Source of the DNA: Candidatus Omnitrophota bacterium | GTDB lineage: Bacteria > Omnitrophota > Gorgyraeia > Zapsychrales > Fredricksoniimonadaceae | DNA: 64,000 bases | Assembly: GCA_044225175.1 (NCBI GenBank) | Contig: JBGAJA010000001.1 | Location: 70,994 to 134,993, forward strand | Reading direction: 5' to 3' | Shown here: positions 40,269 through 49,289 of the stretch, in pieces | Layout: the number at the start of each line of letters is the position of its first letter | How positions within the stretch are numbered: the first letter of the stretch is position 1 | Translations under genes and position numbers: made by a program | Notes under the pieces: model-generated | What the model was told of the DNA's origin: nothing | Database searches by the model: none | The model's input: only the letters and a program-made list of their open reading frames with translations

Positions 40269-41488
40269 TTCTAAACGTCAAACCAGCCCAATCTTTAAAA
40301 GGGCAGTTTCATCTGCCTGGTTCTAAATCCTACTCCATTCGAGCATTTTTTGTTGGTTCTCAAAGTAGCAAATCCTCTTCTATTATTGATGCGTCCAATT
40401 GTGATGATGCCAAAGTGGCTCAGAATATTTCGAAACATTTCAAGTCTAAGGCAAAGGTATTTGATGTGGGTGAGTCTGGGACGAGCCTGCGCTTTTTATT
40501 GCCGCTATTAGCCTTTCAACCAAATCAGGTTGTCGTCAAAGGTAAGGGAACTCTGATCGGCAGGCCTAATGCCCATTTATGTGAAACTTTGCGTCGGCAA
40601 GGAATGAATATCAAAGGCAGCGGTGTGAAAGAATCTGTTCCTATTACCTACACAGCGGGAAAGCTTAAGGCAGGGAAAATTAAGATTGATGGAAGTTTAA
40701 GTTCCCAATTTGTGTCTGCATTATTAATCGCCTTGCCCCAGCTCAATGAGGACAGTCGTTTATTAATTACAGGTTCTAAGATGGTATCGGTAGATTACAT
40801 TCAGATGACGATCCAGATTCTTTCTAAAGCAGGAATTAAAATTCAGCAAATATCTCAACGAGAATATGTGATTAAAGGAAATCAAAAGTTTAAAAGATTA
40901 AAAGATTTTAAAGTTCCCTCTGATTATGGACTTGCTGCTTTTCCTTTGGCGGCAGCTAGTTTAATTAAATCAAATGTCGTTTTAAAAGGGCATTTGAAAG
41001 AAGATTTGATTCAGGCAGATGGTCATATTATGGAATTTTTGAAGCGCATGGGAGTGGTTTACAAGAAAAACAATTCTTTAATTTCACTTCAAGGTCCTTT
41101 TGATTTAAAAGGAGGAGTTTTTTCTCTTAAAGATTGCCCGGATTTAGTTCCTATTATGTCTGTTTTAGCCCTATTTGCTAAAGGCCAAACAAAGATTGTA
41201 GATATCCATCATGCAAGAGCTAAAGAATCAGACCGGATTTCTGATGTGAGAAGGGAGCTTCTTAAGGTGGGGGCTGATGTCAAAGAAACCGCCAATGCTT
41301 TAATGATTAATCCTAAGCCAGGAAGTTATAAAGCAGGCCAGGTTTTAGACAGCCACAACGATCATCGTTTAGCCATGGCTTGGACTGTCCTTGGATTAAA
41401 GATTGGCTGCAAAATTAAGGGTATAGAATCCTGCCGAAAGTCCTATCCAGATTTTGTTAAAGATATGAGAATATTGGGTTTAAGATAG
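40265..41488 (+). CDS. aroA: 3-phosphoshikimate 1-carboxyvinyltransferase (EPSP synthase)
   Basis: LPGSKSYSIRAFF N-terminal motif and overall EPSPS layout; ATGA overlap upstream. Confidence 0.85.
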   Translation: MILNVKPAQSLKGQFHLPGSKSYSIRAFFVGSQSSKSSSIIDASNCDDAKVAQNISKHFKSKAKVFDVGESGTSLRFLLPLLAFQPNQVVVKGKGTLIGRPNAHLCETLRRQGMNIKGSGVKESVPITYTAGKLKAGKIKIDGSLSSQFVSALLIALPQLNEDSRLLITGSKMVSVDYIQMTIQILSKAGIKIQQISQREYVIKGNQKFKRLKDFKVPSDYGLAAFPLAAASLIKSNVVLKGHLKEDLIQADGHIMEFLKRMGVVYKKNNSLISLQGPFDLKGGVFSLKDCPDLVPIMSVLALFAKGQTKIVDIHHARAKESDRISDVRRELLKVGADVKETANALMINPKPGSYKAGQVLDSHNDHRLAMAWTVLGLKIGCKIKGIESCRKSYPDFVKDMRILGLR

Positions 41489-41541
41489 TCTTGGAAATCG
41501 TTTGACACCATAGAGGCTTTTGGTTAAGATGTTGCATCATT

Positions 41542-42615
41542 ATGATTAATCAAATCAAAAAACTTACCGAAAGAATTTCCGATTACGTTTCTAGCCTATT
41601 TTCCAAAGACATGGGAATAGACTTAGGAACAGCTACCACCCTTGTCTATGTAAAAGGCGAGGGTGTTGTTTTGTGTGAACCTTCCGTAGTTGCCATTGAA
41701 AAGGATACCAATCGAGTTGTTGCCGTAGGTGAAGAAGCTAAGCGTATGTTAGGCCGTACCCCGGGAAGTATTGTTGCCATTCGTCCTATGAAAGATGGTG
41801 TTATCTCTGATTTTGAAGTTACAGAGGCTATGCTTAAATATTTCATTCAAAAAGTCCAACCAAGTAAATTTTCGTTTCGCCCAACTATTGTCATTGCAAT
41901 CCCTTCTGGAATTACCGAAGTTGAAAAACGTGCTGTTATTGATTCAGCTGAACATGCTGGAGCGCGCCATGTTATTTTAATTGAAGAACCTAAAGCAGCT
42001 GCTATTGGCGTGGGTTTACCTGTCCATGAGCCTGCTGGAAACATGATTATTGATATTGGTGGCGGTACAACCGAGTTTGCAGTCATTTCATTAGGTGGAC
42101 TGGTTTATGCTAAATCCATCCGAATTGCAGGGGACGAGATGGACATGGCCATTATTGAATATTTACGTAAAACTTATAATTTGATGATTGGTGAACGCAC
42201 AGCTGAAGAAATCAAGATTCGTTTAGGTTCTGCGTATCCTTTAGACGAAGAATTAAATATGGATGTGCGTGGGCGTGATTTGATTGCGGGGTTACCAAAG
42301 ACAATCAACATTACTTCCGTTGAGATTCGCGAAGCTTTGGCAGATCCTGTTCAGGCCATTGTAGATGCTTCTAAATCAACTTTGGAACATACTCCTCCTG
42401 AATTAGCTGCAGATTTAATAGACCGTGGGATTGTTATGGCCGGTGGAGGATCTTTACTTCGAGGCCTTGATAAACGTATTGCTGAGGAAACCGGACTACC
42501 TGTTCATGTGGCGGATGATCCTCTTACCGCAGTCGTCAATGGTACTGGAGAAACTCTAAATATGTCTCCTGCCATGCGTCGACGTTTTACCCAGCACACA
42601 AAACTAGACTTTTAG
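41542..42615 (+). CDS. mreB: Rod-shape protein MreB (actin homologue), with an extended N-terminus
   Basis: [12 protein letters not shown] phosphate-1, DIGGGTTE phosphate-2, adenosine motif GGGSLLRGL; about 25 residues precede IDLGTA. Confidence 0.9.
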   Translation: MINQIKKLTERISDYVSSLFSKDMGIDLGTATTLVYVKGEGVVLCEPSVVAIEKDTNRVVAVGEEAKRMLGRTPGSIVAIRPMKDGVISDFEVTEAMLKYFIQKVQPSKFSFRPTIVIAIPSGITEVEKRAVIDSAEHAGARHVILIEEPKAAAIGVGLPVHEPAGNMIIDIGGGTTEFAVISLGGLVYAKSIRIAGDEMDMAIIEYLRKTYNLMIGERTAEEIKIRLGSAYPLDEELNMDVRGRDLIAGLPKTINITSVEIREALADPVQAIVDASKSTLEHTPPELAADLIDRGIVMAGGGSLLRGLDKRIAEETGLPVHVADDPLTAVVNGTGETLNMSPAMRRRFTQHTKLDF

Positions 42616-42624
42616 TAGACTCCC

Positions 42625-43401
42625 GTGTTTCGTAAATATCTTAAACAAATTATTTACATTAGCATTCTTGTCATTCCTCTATTAATTCTTTTTTTACATC
42701 CGAAACAATCACGGCCGACCTTTTTATTGGATTTAACAGTAAAACCTATTCATTGGTTTGAAGCTCCGATTGTTGAATTAAAGAAGTTGTTCTTTTACAG
42801 AGAAGCATACGATGAGTATTACAAAATGAAGAAACAGGTGGATGCTCTAAGATCTCGAATTGTATTTTTACAAGAAACTTTTGAAAAAAATAAGCAAGAT
42901 CGTGTCGTTAGTGAATTTCGTCGTAATCAAAGCTATGTTTCATTAACAGCGCATGTGATTGGACGAGACCCTTCGAATTGGAATGCTTCTTTGATTATTG
43001 ATAAGGGGCAAAAAGATGGACTAAAGATTGGGATGCCTGTTATTTCTGTTCTGGGTGTGGTTGGTAGGATTTTTGAGATTGGCAAGAATACGGCTAAAGT
43101 TATTTTGCTCTCTGATTCGGCGTTTAGTGTTGCGGCAACAGTACAAAGAACACGGGAAAGCGGCCTATTAACGGGTTCTTTAGAGGGTGTTTGTAGATTA
43201 GCTTATTTAACAGATAAGGCAGATGTGAAGGTTGGTGATCGAGTGATTACTTCGAAACTCAGTTCTGTCTTTCCAGAAGGAATTTTAATAGGACTCGTTC
43301 AAGATGTCAGGGCCAGTCAGAATACACATACGGTGGAATGCTTAGTTGAACCGGCGGTGGATTTGTCGCAGATAGAAGAGGTTATTGTAATTAAAAGGTA
43401 G
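42625..43401 (+). CDS. mreC: Rod-shape protein MreC
   Basis: N-terminal TM, coiled coil, then the MreC beta domains (GMPVISVLGVVGRIFEIG…); follows mreB. Confidence 0.75.
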   Translation: MFRKYLKQIIYISILVIPLLILFLHPKQSRPTFLLDLTVKPIHWFEAPIVELKKLFFYREAYDEYYKMKKQVDALRSRIVFLQETFEKNKQDRVVSEFRRNQSYVSLTAHVIGRDPSNWNASLIIDKGQKDGLKIGMPVISVLGVVGRIFEIGKNTAKVILLSDSAFSVAATVQRTRESGLLTGSLEGVCRLAYLTDKADVKVGDRVITSKLSSVFPEGILIGLVQDVRASQNTHTVECLVEPAVDLSQIEEVIVIKR

Positions 43402-43402
43402 G

Positions 43403-43422
43403 GACGACCGGCCGGTCGTCTG
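43403..43422. repeat. Perfect 18-bp palindrome GACGACCGGCCGGTCGTC immediately after the mreC stop
   Basis: Read directly; GC-rich in an AT-rich context; no downstream T-run. Confidence 0.4.
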
Positions 43423-43439
43423 TACAGATAATCAAAATT

Positions 43440-44339
43440 ATGAACGCCATAGAAATCAAAAATTTAGTTAAGACATATAAAAACGGAACTCAAGCTGTTA
43501 AAGGTGTAGATTTAACGGTTGAAGAGGGGGATTTCTTTGCGCTTTTAGGGGCAAATGGAGCCGGAAAAACAACCATCATTAGCATTCTCATTGGTTTAGT
43601 GAATAAGACTTCAGGTGATATAAAAATTTTTGGGCATAGTCTTGAGAAGGAATTTGATACGGCTAAACGTCTGATTGGAGTTGTTCCGCAAGAATTTAAT
43701 TTTAATATGTTTGAAAAGGTTTTAGATATTGTTTCTATCCAGGCTGGTTTCTTTGGGATTGAACGTAAAGAGGCATTGAAGAATACAGAAGAAGTGTTGA
43801 AAAAAGTGGGGCTATGGGAGAAAAGAAATTCCATGTCGCGCACTTTATCTGGAGGAATGAAAAGACGTTTAATGATCGCTCGCGCATTGGTGCACCGACC
43901 AAAAATTCTTATTTTAGATGAACCAACCGCAGGTGTAGATGTGCAACTGCGGGTAGGTATGTGGGATTATTTGCGTGAACTTAATTCTCAAGGAGTAACG
44001 ATTCTCTTAACGACCCATTATTTGGAAGAAGTTCAGCAAATGTGCAAAGAAGCAGCGATCATTAAAGATGGGAAAATTGTCCGTTTAGATAGTGTTAAGA
44101 ATTTAAATAAACTGATTACAGAAGAGACATATGTGATTACTGTCAAAGCTATGCAGCCTTTAACTGGAATCTCAGCCTATAAACCCGTCGTAGTTGATGA
44201 GCATACGTTAGAAGTTAATTTAAATCGTGATGCTCAACTAAACGATTTATTAGTTCATCTTATTAAAAATGGCTTTTCGATTACGGACGTTCATCCTAAA
44301 GAACAACGCTTAGAAAAATTATTTTTATCTCTCATATGA
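43440..44339 (+). CDS. ABC transporter ATP-binding protein
   Basis: Walker A GANGAGKTT, signature LSGGMKRRL, Walker B ILILDEPT. Confidence 0.85.
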   Translation: MNAIEIKNLVKTYKNGTQAVKGVDLTVEEGDFFALLGANGAGKTTIISILIGLVNKTSGDIKIFGHSLEKEFDTAKRLIGVVPQEFNFNMFEKVLDIVSIQAGFFGIERKEALKNTEEVLKKVGLWEKRNSMSRTLSGGMKRRLMIARALVHRPKILILDEPTAGVDVQLRVGMWDYLRELNSQGVTILLTTHYLEEVQQMCKEAAIIKDGKIVRLDSVKNLNKLITEETYVITVKAMQPLTGISAYKPVVVDEHTLEVNLNRDAQLNDLLVHLIKNGFSITDVHPKEQRLEKLFLSLI

Positions 44340-45103
44340 AACATCAATGGATTGCATTTCAAACATTAGTACGTAAAGAAATTACCCGGATCGTGCGTAT
44401 TTGGACGCAAACCTTATTGCCGCCTTTGGTAACTCAAACTTTATATTTTGTCATTTTTGGTAAATTTATTGGTTCCCAAGTAGGCGCGATCAGCGGGGTC
44501 TCATACATGTCATTTATAGTACCAGGACTTGTGATGATGGCGGTTATCAATAGTTCTTATGGAAATGTCGTCAGTTCTTTCTTCGGTGCTAAATTTCAAC
44601 GCAGTATTGAAGAAATGCTTGTGTCTCCCATGCAGGAGTGGGTGATTGTTGCAGGTTATGCTTGTGCTGGAATTATAAGGGGTGTGGTGGTTGGGTTTTT
44701 AGTGTTTTTGATTTCCTGTTTCTTTACGCATCCAACAGTGCATCATTTGGGGATTATTCTCCTTTTTACAATCCTTTCTGCGACAGTCTTCTCGCTGGCT
44801 GGTATGGTTAATGGTATTTTTGCCAGAAATTTTGATGAAGTAGCCATTTTTCAGAATTTTGTTCTTGTTCCTCTGATTTATTTAGGTGGTGTTTTTTATT
44901 CTATTTTAAGTTTGCCCGTATTTTGGCAAAATGTTTCTAAATTGAATCCGCTTTTATATATGGTGGATGGTTTTAGATATGGATTTTTTGGATTTTCAGA
45001 TGTGAATGTTGGCTTTAGTGCAGGGTTCTTGGTTGTATTGACTTTGATTCTTTGGCAACTGAATATCTGGTTGTTGAAGAAAGGAATAGGAATTAAAAAT
45101 TAG
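44336..45103 (+). CDS. ABC-2 type transporter permease
   Basis: 6-TM hydrophobic protein, ATGA-coupled to the ATPase gene. Confidence 0.75.
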   Translation: MKHQWIAFQTLVRKEITRIVRIWTQTLLPPLVTQTLYFVIFGKFIGSQVGAISGVSYMSFIVPGLVMMAVINSSYGNVVSSFFGAKFQRSIEEMLVSPMQEWVIVAGYACAGIIRGVVVGFLVFLISCFFTHPTVHHLGIILLFTILSATVFSLAGMVNGIFARNFDEVAIFQNFVLVPLIYLGGVFYSILSLPVFWQNVSKLNPLLYMVDGFRYGFFGFSDVNVGFSAGFLVVLTLILWQLNIWLLKKGIGIKN

Positions 45104-45152
45104 AGTCGTAATGTGCGGCTTAAATTATGGAATACCAAATCAAGGAGGATGT

Positions 45153-45740
45153 ATGAATAAAGTTTCTTTTGCTTTATTGTTTACCGTAGGATTGTTGGTT
45201 AATTCTGCTTTTGCAGCCGACAGTTATAAAATAGACCCAGCACACACAACTTTTGGGTTTACAGCAAAACATATGATGATTAGTAATGTTAGCGGTCAAT
45301 TCGATAAATATGACGGAACGATTGTATATGATCCTAAAGATTTGGTTAATTCACAGATTAACGTCACAATCGATGCTTCTAGTATTGATACTCGTAATGC
45401 AAAGCGAGATGATCATTTACGAAGTGGGGATTTCTTTGAAACAGAGAAATATCCTACAATGACATTTGTCAGTAAAAGAATCACTGCTTCTGAGATTGTA
45501 GGGGATTTAACTATGAAGGGTGTTACTAAAGAGGTCTCAATCCCAGCTACTATCGCAGGCCCAATTAAGACCCCTATGGGTAATGCTATTGGTATTACTG
45601 GTACATTTACTCTTAACCGTCAAGATTATGGGGTTAGCTTCAATAAGGTCCTAGATCAAGGTGGAATGGCCGTATCTAATGATATTGTTGTTACTATCAG
45701 TGCCGAAGCAACCAAAGCAGAAGATAATACAAAAAAATAA
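45153..45740 (+). CDS. YceI-family periplasmic protein
   Basis: Signal peptide MNKVSFALLFTVGLLVNSAFA; …SYKIDPAHTTFGFTAKHMMISNVSGQF is the YceI-like N-terminus; AAGGAGG RBS 6 nt upstream of ATG 45153 (the ORF opens at 45111). Confidence 0.8.
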   Translation: MNKVSFALLFTVGLLVNSAFAADSYKIDPAHTTFGFTAKHMMISNVSGQFDKYDGTIVYDPKDLVNSQINVTIDASSIDTRNAKRDDHLRSGDFFETEKYPTMTFVSKRITASEIVGDLTMKGVTKEVSIPATIAGPIKTPMGNAIGITGTFTLNRQDYGVSFNKVLDQGGMAVSNDIVVTISAEATKAEDNTKK

Positions 45741-45764
45741 TTTAATATATATATGCAGTTTTAG

Positions 45765-45796
45765 AAACCCTCGTGCTTTATCGACGAGGGTTTTCT
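45765..45796 (+). terminator. Rho-independent terminator after yceI
   Basis: AAACCCTCGT-GCTTTATCG-ACGAGGGTTTTCT: 7-10 bp GC stem followed by a T-run. Confidence 0.6.
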
Positions 45797-45938
45797 ATTT
45801 ATACACAGGAAACCGTTTTCTTAAAACAGACCCCAGGGCCTTGATTTTGTCTTGACAGGTGATATCCTTGCATTAGAAGGTCTCACAAGGCCTTCGAGTT
45901 CCGCGGACAAAACCGATGGAACGGAAAGGAGGGTCCAT

Positions 45939-46592
45939 ATGAATACTTTCATCTTGGATCCACTAAAATCAGTAGTAGGTATGGTGTACAGTTATATCCC
46001 CATCACAGTTGCTGTGTTGGCGGTCTTAGTGATTGGTACCTTATTGGCTAGAAGCGCCGGGAAACTCGTCGCTGGCCTTTTGAAGGACATTCACGCAGAC
46101 AAATTAAGCCACACCGTAGGTTTAGATCGTGTCTTAGTCACGGGTGGAGTCAGACGCTCTGTATCTGAGACGGTAGGTTGTGTGATTACATGGATGCTTT
46201 TAATCACCACCTTCGTGATTGCCTTGAGAATCGCAGGCTTTAATGTGTTAGGTATGACCGATTCAATCACAGGTTATATACCCACTGTTATTACAGCTGC
46301 GGTAGCCTTGATTGTAGGGATTATCTTGGCACACATTATTGGCATTTTCGTCCGTATGGTTGCTGCTAACTGCGGAATGCCACAGCCTGATTTGATCGCT
46401 ACTTTCAGTAAATGGGCCGTAGTAGCCACCGCTTCTATCGCTTTCTTGGATAAAATCGGCCTTGGGTTCCTATTTACTGGAACAGCCTTAACATTAATGG
46501 TAGCAGCCCTAGCCTTGGCCCTAGGATTGGCCTTTGGTATAGGCGGACGTGAGCATGCTTCTCATTATTTAACTAAGCTGCTTAAGCATTAA
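45939..46592 (+). CDS. Integral membrane protein with repeated conserved TM helices
   Basis: Strong RBS GAAAGGAGGG 8 nt before ATG 45939 (the ORF opens at 45852); ~6 TM, Gly/Ala-rich helices. Confidence 0.55.
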   Translation: MNTFILDPLKSVVGMVYSYIPITVAVLAVLVIGTLLARSAGKLVAGLLKDIHADKLSHTVGLDRVLVTGGVRRSVSETVGCVITWMLLITTFVIALRIAGFNVLGMTDSITGYIPTVITAAVALIVGIILAHIIGIFVRMVAANCGMPQPDLIATFSKWAVVATASIAFLDKIGLGFLFTGTALTLMVAALALALGLAFGIGGREHASHYLTKLLKH

Positions 46593-46645
46593 AAGAGATC
46601 CCTCAGCCACTCCTGAAAATGGGGCAGGGTGGCATCCACAAAACG

Positions 46646-46687
46646 GCCCTGCTGGGTCGAAAGATCCGGCAGGGCTCGTCCTTTTAG
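46646..46687 (+). terminator. Rho-independent terminator
   Basis: GCCCTGCTGG-GTCGAAAGAT-CCGGCAGGGC, a 10-bp stem with one G-U pair, then TCGTCCTTTT. Confidence 0.55.
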
Positions 46688-46755
46688 TATATTTTATTGG
46701 TAAAATCCTTCGAGGATGCTATACTATCACCAAAAGAACAACCAAGGAATTAGGG

Positions 46756-47100
46756 ATGGATAACAGAAGACGATATCAAAGATATCCTTTTTATGAACCT
46801 GTAAGTTTTCAGCAAAAGCATTTAGAAACACCATTAGAAGGCTCTCTTTCGGAAGATATTAGCCTTCAGGGGTTAAAGCTGAATGTCAATGAGTTTATCC
46901 CTCTTAATACGGTTCTAGAGTTACAGATCCAAATACCTGGTCAAGTTCGGATGGTCTTTGTGAATGCTAAAGTGGTATGGGTCAAAGAAAGTCCAAAGCG
47001 TATTGATGGCTGGCAGGTGGGTTTAGAGTTAGTCGATGACAAATCTTCTTTATCTGAAATTGAAAACTACGTCAGATTTCTACGATTTGAAAGAGCTTAA
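46756..47100 (+). CDS. PilZ-domain protein (c-di-GMP receptor-like)
   Basis: N-terminal RRRYQRYPF (RxxxR) and later D-S-x-G-type box (EDISLQGLKL) typical of PilZ. Confidence 0.7.
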   Translation: MDNRRRYQRYPFYEPVSFQQKHLETPLEGSLSEDISLQGLKLNVNEFIPLNTVLELQIQIPGQVRMVFVNAKVVWVKESPKRIDGWQVGLELVDDKSSLSEIENYVRFLRFERA

Positions 47101-47160
47101 TTTTCCCCAAATAATTTAAAATAAAAGATTTACCAACAATTGAAAGGAGTTTTACGTTTT

Positions 47161-47364
47161 ATGGCAGAAGCAAAAGCATCCACACCGGTAGTAGAAGAAG
47201 TAAAGAATTGTCCTTCTTGTAAAAAACCTCTTAAGAAGGCTCGAAGATTTTATCGCAATGGTTCTTATTTTTGTAATAGCAATTGCTTCAAAAAAGCAAA
47301 GGCAGTAGCTGATAAAGCAAAAGCCGATAAAGCTGCAGCTGAACCAGCTGAGAATAAGGGTTAA
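47161..47364 (+). CDS. Small basic zinc-ribbon protein (YacG-like CPxC…FCNxxC pattern)
   Basis: NCPSCKKPLKKARRFYRNGSYFCNSNCF followed by a K/A-rich tail; the ORF opens at 47140, probable start ATG 47161. Confidence 0.45.
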   Translation: MAEAKASTPVVEEVKNCPSCKKPLKKARRFYRNGSYFCNSNCFKKAKAVADKAKADKAAAEPAENKG

Positions 47365-47368
47365 TTTT

Positions 47369-47755
47369 GTGAATTCTCACAACTCCCAAGGTTCAGAAAG
47401 ACGCAGGCACCCCCGCTTAGAGCAACCCATTGCACTTAAAATTTCTAGTGGAGATGGAGATATTGTCACTGAAACAAAGAATTTAAGCAGCTCTGGCGCT
47501 CTTTGTCTGATCAATAAATTTATTACTCCCATGACGAAGTTAAAGCTGCACTTCTTGTTGCCAATTAAGAAAAATAAGAAGATTGTCAATAAACGAATCA
47601 GTTGTGAAGGGGTGGTGGTTCGTTCAGAAGCAGCGGTTGATCAGGATTCTTTCCAAACCGCTATTTTTTTTAGCGATATTTCTCCCAAAGATAGTCAAAC
47701 CATCCATGAGTTTATTGATTTCACAATGCCTGCCCATGGAATCCCAGGAAAATAA
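47369..47755 (+). CDS. PilZ-domain protein
   Basis: ERRRHPRLEQPIALKIS (RxxxR) … NLSSSGALCL (DxSxGG-like); GTG start. Confidence 0.7.
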   Translation: MNSHNSQGSERRRHPRLEQPIALKISSGDGDIVTETKNLSSSGALCLINKFITPMTKLKLHFLLPIKKNKKIVNKRISCEGVVVRSEAAVDQDSFQTAIFFSDISPKDSQTIHEFIDFTMPAHGIPGK

Positions 47756-48407
47756 ATCATACATTGAAATTCTATACGAAGATAATGACTGCGTTGCTTT
47801 TTATAAGCCCGCTGGGTTATTAGTTATTCCAACAGATAAAGGGGGGGGCCGTAACATGGTTTCCTTGGTTAATGACAATAAAGAAGCACAAAGACTGTAT
47901 CCGGCCCATCGTTTGGATCGAGATACATCAGGAATCATCCTTTTTGCTAAAGGTAAAGATAATCAACAGCGTTTAATGGACTCTTTTAAAGAACGTAAAG
48001 TTAAGAAAACTTACACCGCGTTTGTTCATGGTCGCATTAAGTTATCTCAAGGTGAAATTCGAATTCCTATCAAAGATTTTTATCAAAAGAAATTTCAGAA
48101 GAACATTCCAGCCCAAGAAGCTTTGACTCGATACAAAGTTATTGAATACCATAAGAATTATACTGTTGTTGAAGTCAACCCCATCACAGGGCGTACTAAT
48201 CAAATTCGTATCCATTTTCTTAATATAGGACATCCTTTGGTAGGGGAACATAAGTATGTTTTTCGTAAAGACTTTGATTTAAGATTTAAACGAACAGCTT
48301 TACATGCCAAAGAATTATCATGGCCTCATCCAGTTACAGGAAAAATGATCACTGTTCAAGCACCTTTGGCGAAAGATATGACTAATTTTCTAGGAAAAAA
48401 TCCATAG
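47736..48407 (+). CDS. RluA-family RNA pseudouridine synthase
   Basis: HRLDRDTSGIILFAKG catalytic motif. The ORF opens at 47583, but the probable start ATG 47736 overlaps the PilZ gene by 20 nt. Confidence 0.8.
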   Translation: MESQENKSYIEILYEDNDCVAFYKPAGLLVIPTDKGGGRNMVSLVNDNKEAQRLYPAHRLDRDTSGIILFAKGKDNQQRLMDSFKERKVKKTYTAFVHGRIKLSQGEIRIPIKDFYQKKFQKNIPAQEALTRYKVIEYHKNYTVVEVNPITGRTNQIRIHFLNIGHPLVGEHKYVFRKDFDLRFKRTALHAKELSWPHPVTGKMITVQAPLAKDMTNFLGKNP

Positions 48408-48426
48408 TCGCGCTACAATTGGCCAT

Positions 48427-49200
48427 ATGTTAATTACTTCTCTTGTTGATTTTATCAAACCTATTATCGAAATTGCTATTCTCTGGTTTGTGTTTTATCG
48501 CATTTTATTATTCTTTGAAGGCACGCGAGCTTTTCAAGTCCTCAAAGGGATCGCTTACCTAATCATCGCCCTTTTACTATCTCAGCTTTTTGGTTTCCAA
48601 GTCCTTAACTGGCTGCTTAAGAATTTCTTTTCCATCTGGATCGTTGTGATCGTTGTTATTTTTCAAAATGAATTACGTGCAGGTCTTGCACGTTTAGGGC
48701 AAAATCATTTGTTCAGTATTTCATTAGGGGAAAGTGAATTGAAAGCATTGATTGAAGAAGTTTCAGATGCTGTTTATCGATTATCAAGACGTAAAACAGG
48801 ATGTTTAATCGCAATTGAGAGGGAGATGAAGTTAACGATGTACATCGAAAGTGGGGTTATTCTCGATTCTAAGATTTCATCATCGCTGTTGCAAAGCATT
48901 TTTATGCCTCAAGCCCCTTTGCATGATGGGGGAGTTATCATTCGAGGTGAACGTATTGCTGCCTCCTCATGTTTATTTCCGCTATCCGATAATCCTTCCG
49001 TCAGTAAGACTGTAGGAACCAGGCATAGAGCGGCTCTAGGTTTAAGTGAGCATACAGATGCCATTTTAGCTTTAGTTTCAGAAGAGACATCAGATGTCAG
49101 TATTGTTTATGAAGGACGATTGATCAAGATTGATGATCAAAAACATTTTGTAAGTGTCCTTGAAACATATTTAAATCCTACCCAAAGGTCTACGGTATGA
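48427..49200 (+). CDS. cdaA: Diadenylate cyclase (c-di-AMP synthase), membrane-anchored CdaA/DacA type
   Basis: Three N-terminal TM helices; DAC domain with HDGGVIIRG (DGA box) and GTRHRAALGLSE (RHR box). Confidence 0.85.
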   Translation: MLITSLVDFIKPIIEIAILWFVFYRILLFFEGTRAFQVLKGIAYLIIALLLSQLFGFQVLNWLLKNFFSIWIVVIVVIFQNELRAGLARLGQNHLFSISLGESELKALIEEVSDAVYRLSRRKTGCLIAIEREMKLTMYIESGVILDSKISSSLLQSIFMPQAPLHDGGVIIRGERIAASSCLFPLSDNPSVSKTVGTRHRAALGLSEHTDAILALVSEETSDVSIVYEGRLIKIDDQKHFVSVLETYLNPTQRSTV

Positions 49201-49286
49201 AAAATTGGCTTAATTCACATATATTGCTCAAACTTGTTGCCCTTGGGCTTGCGATTATCACATGGTTTTATGTGAAAAACGGATAA
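49197..49286 (+). pseudogene. 29-codon ORF resembling only the N-terminal TM segment of CdaR/YbbR (possible remnant or micro-protein)
   Basis: MKNWLNSHILLKLVALGLAIITWFYVKNG*: ATGA overlap with the cdaA stop, ends 3 nt before pdxJ; resembles the YbbR start (signal-anchor + IIALLFAxLLWxxV) that normally follows cdaA. Confidence 0.3.
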
Positions 49287-49289
49287 TCA

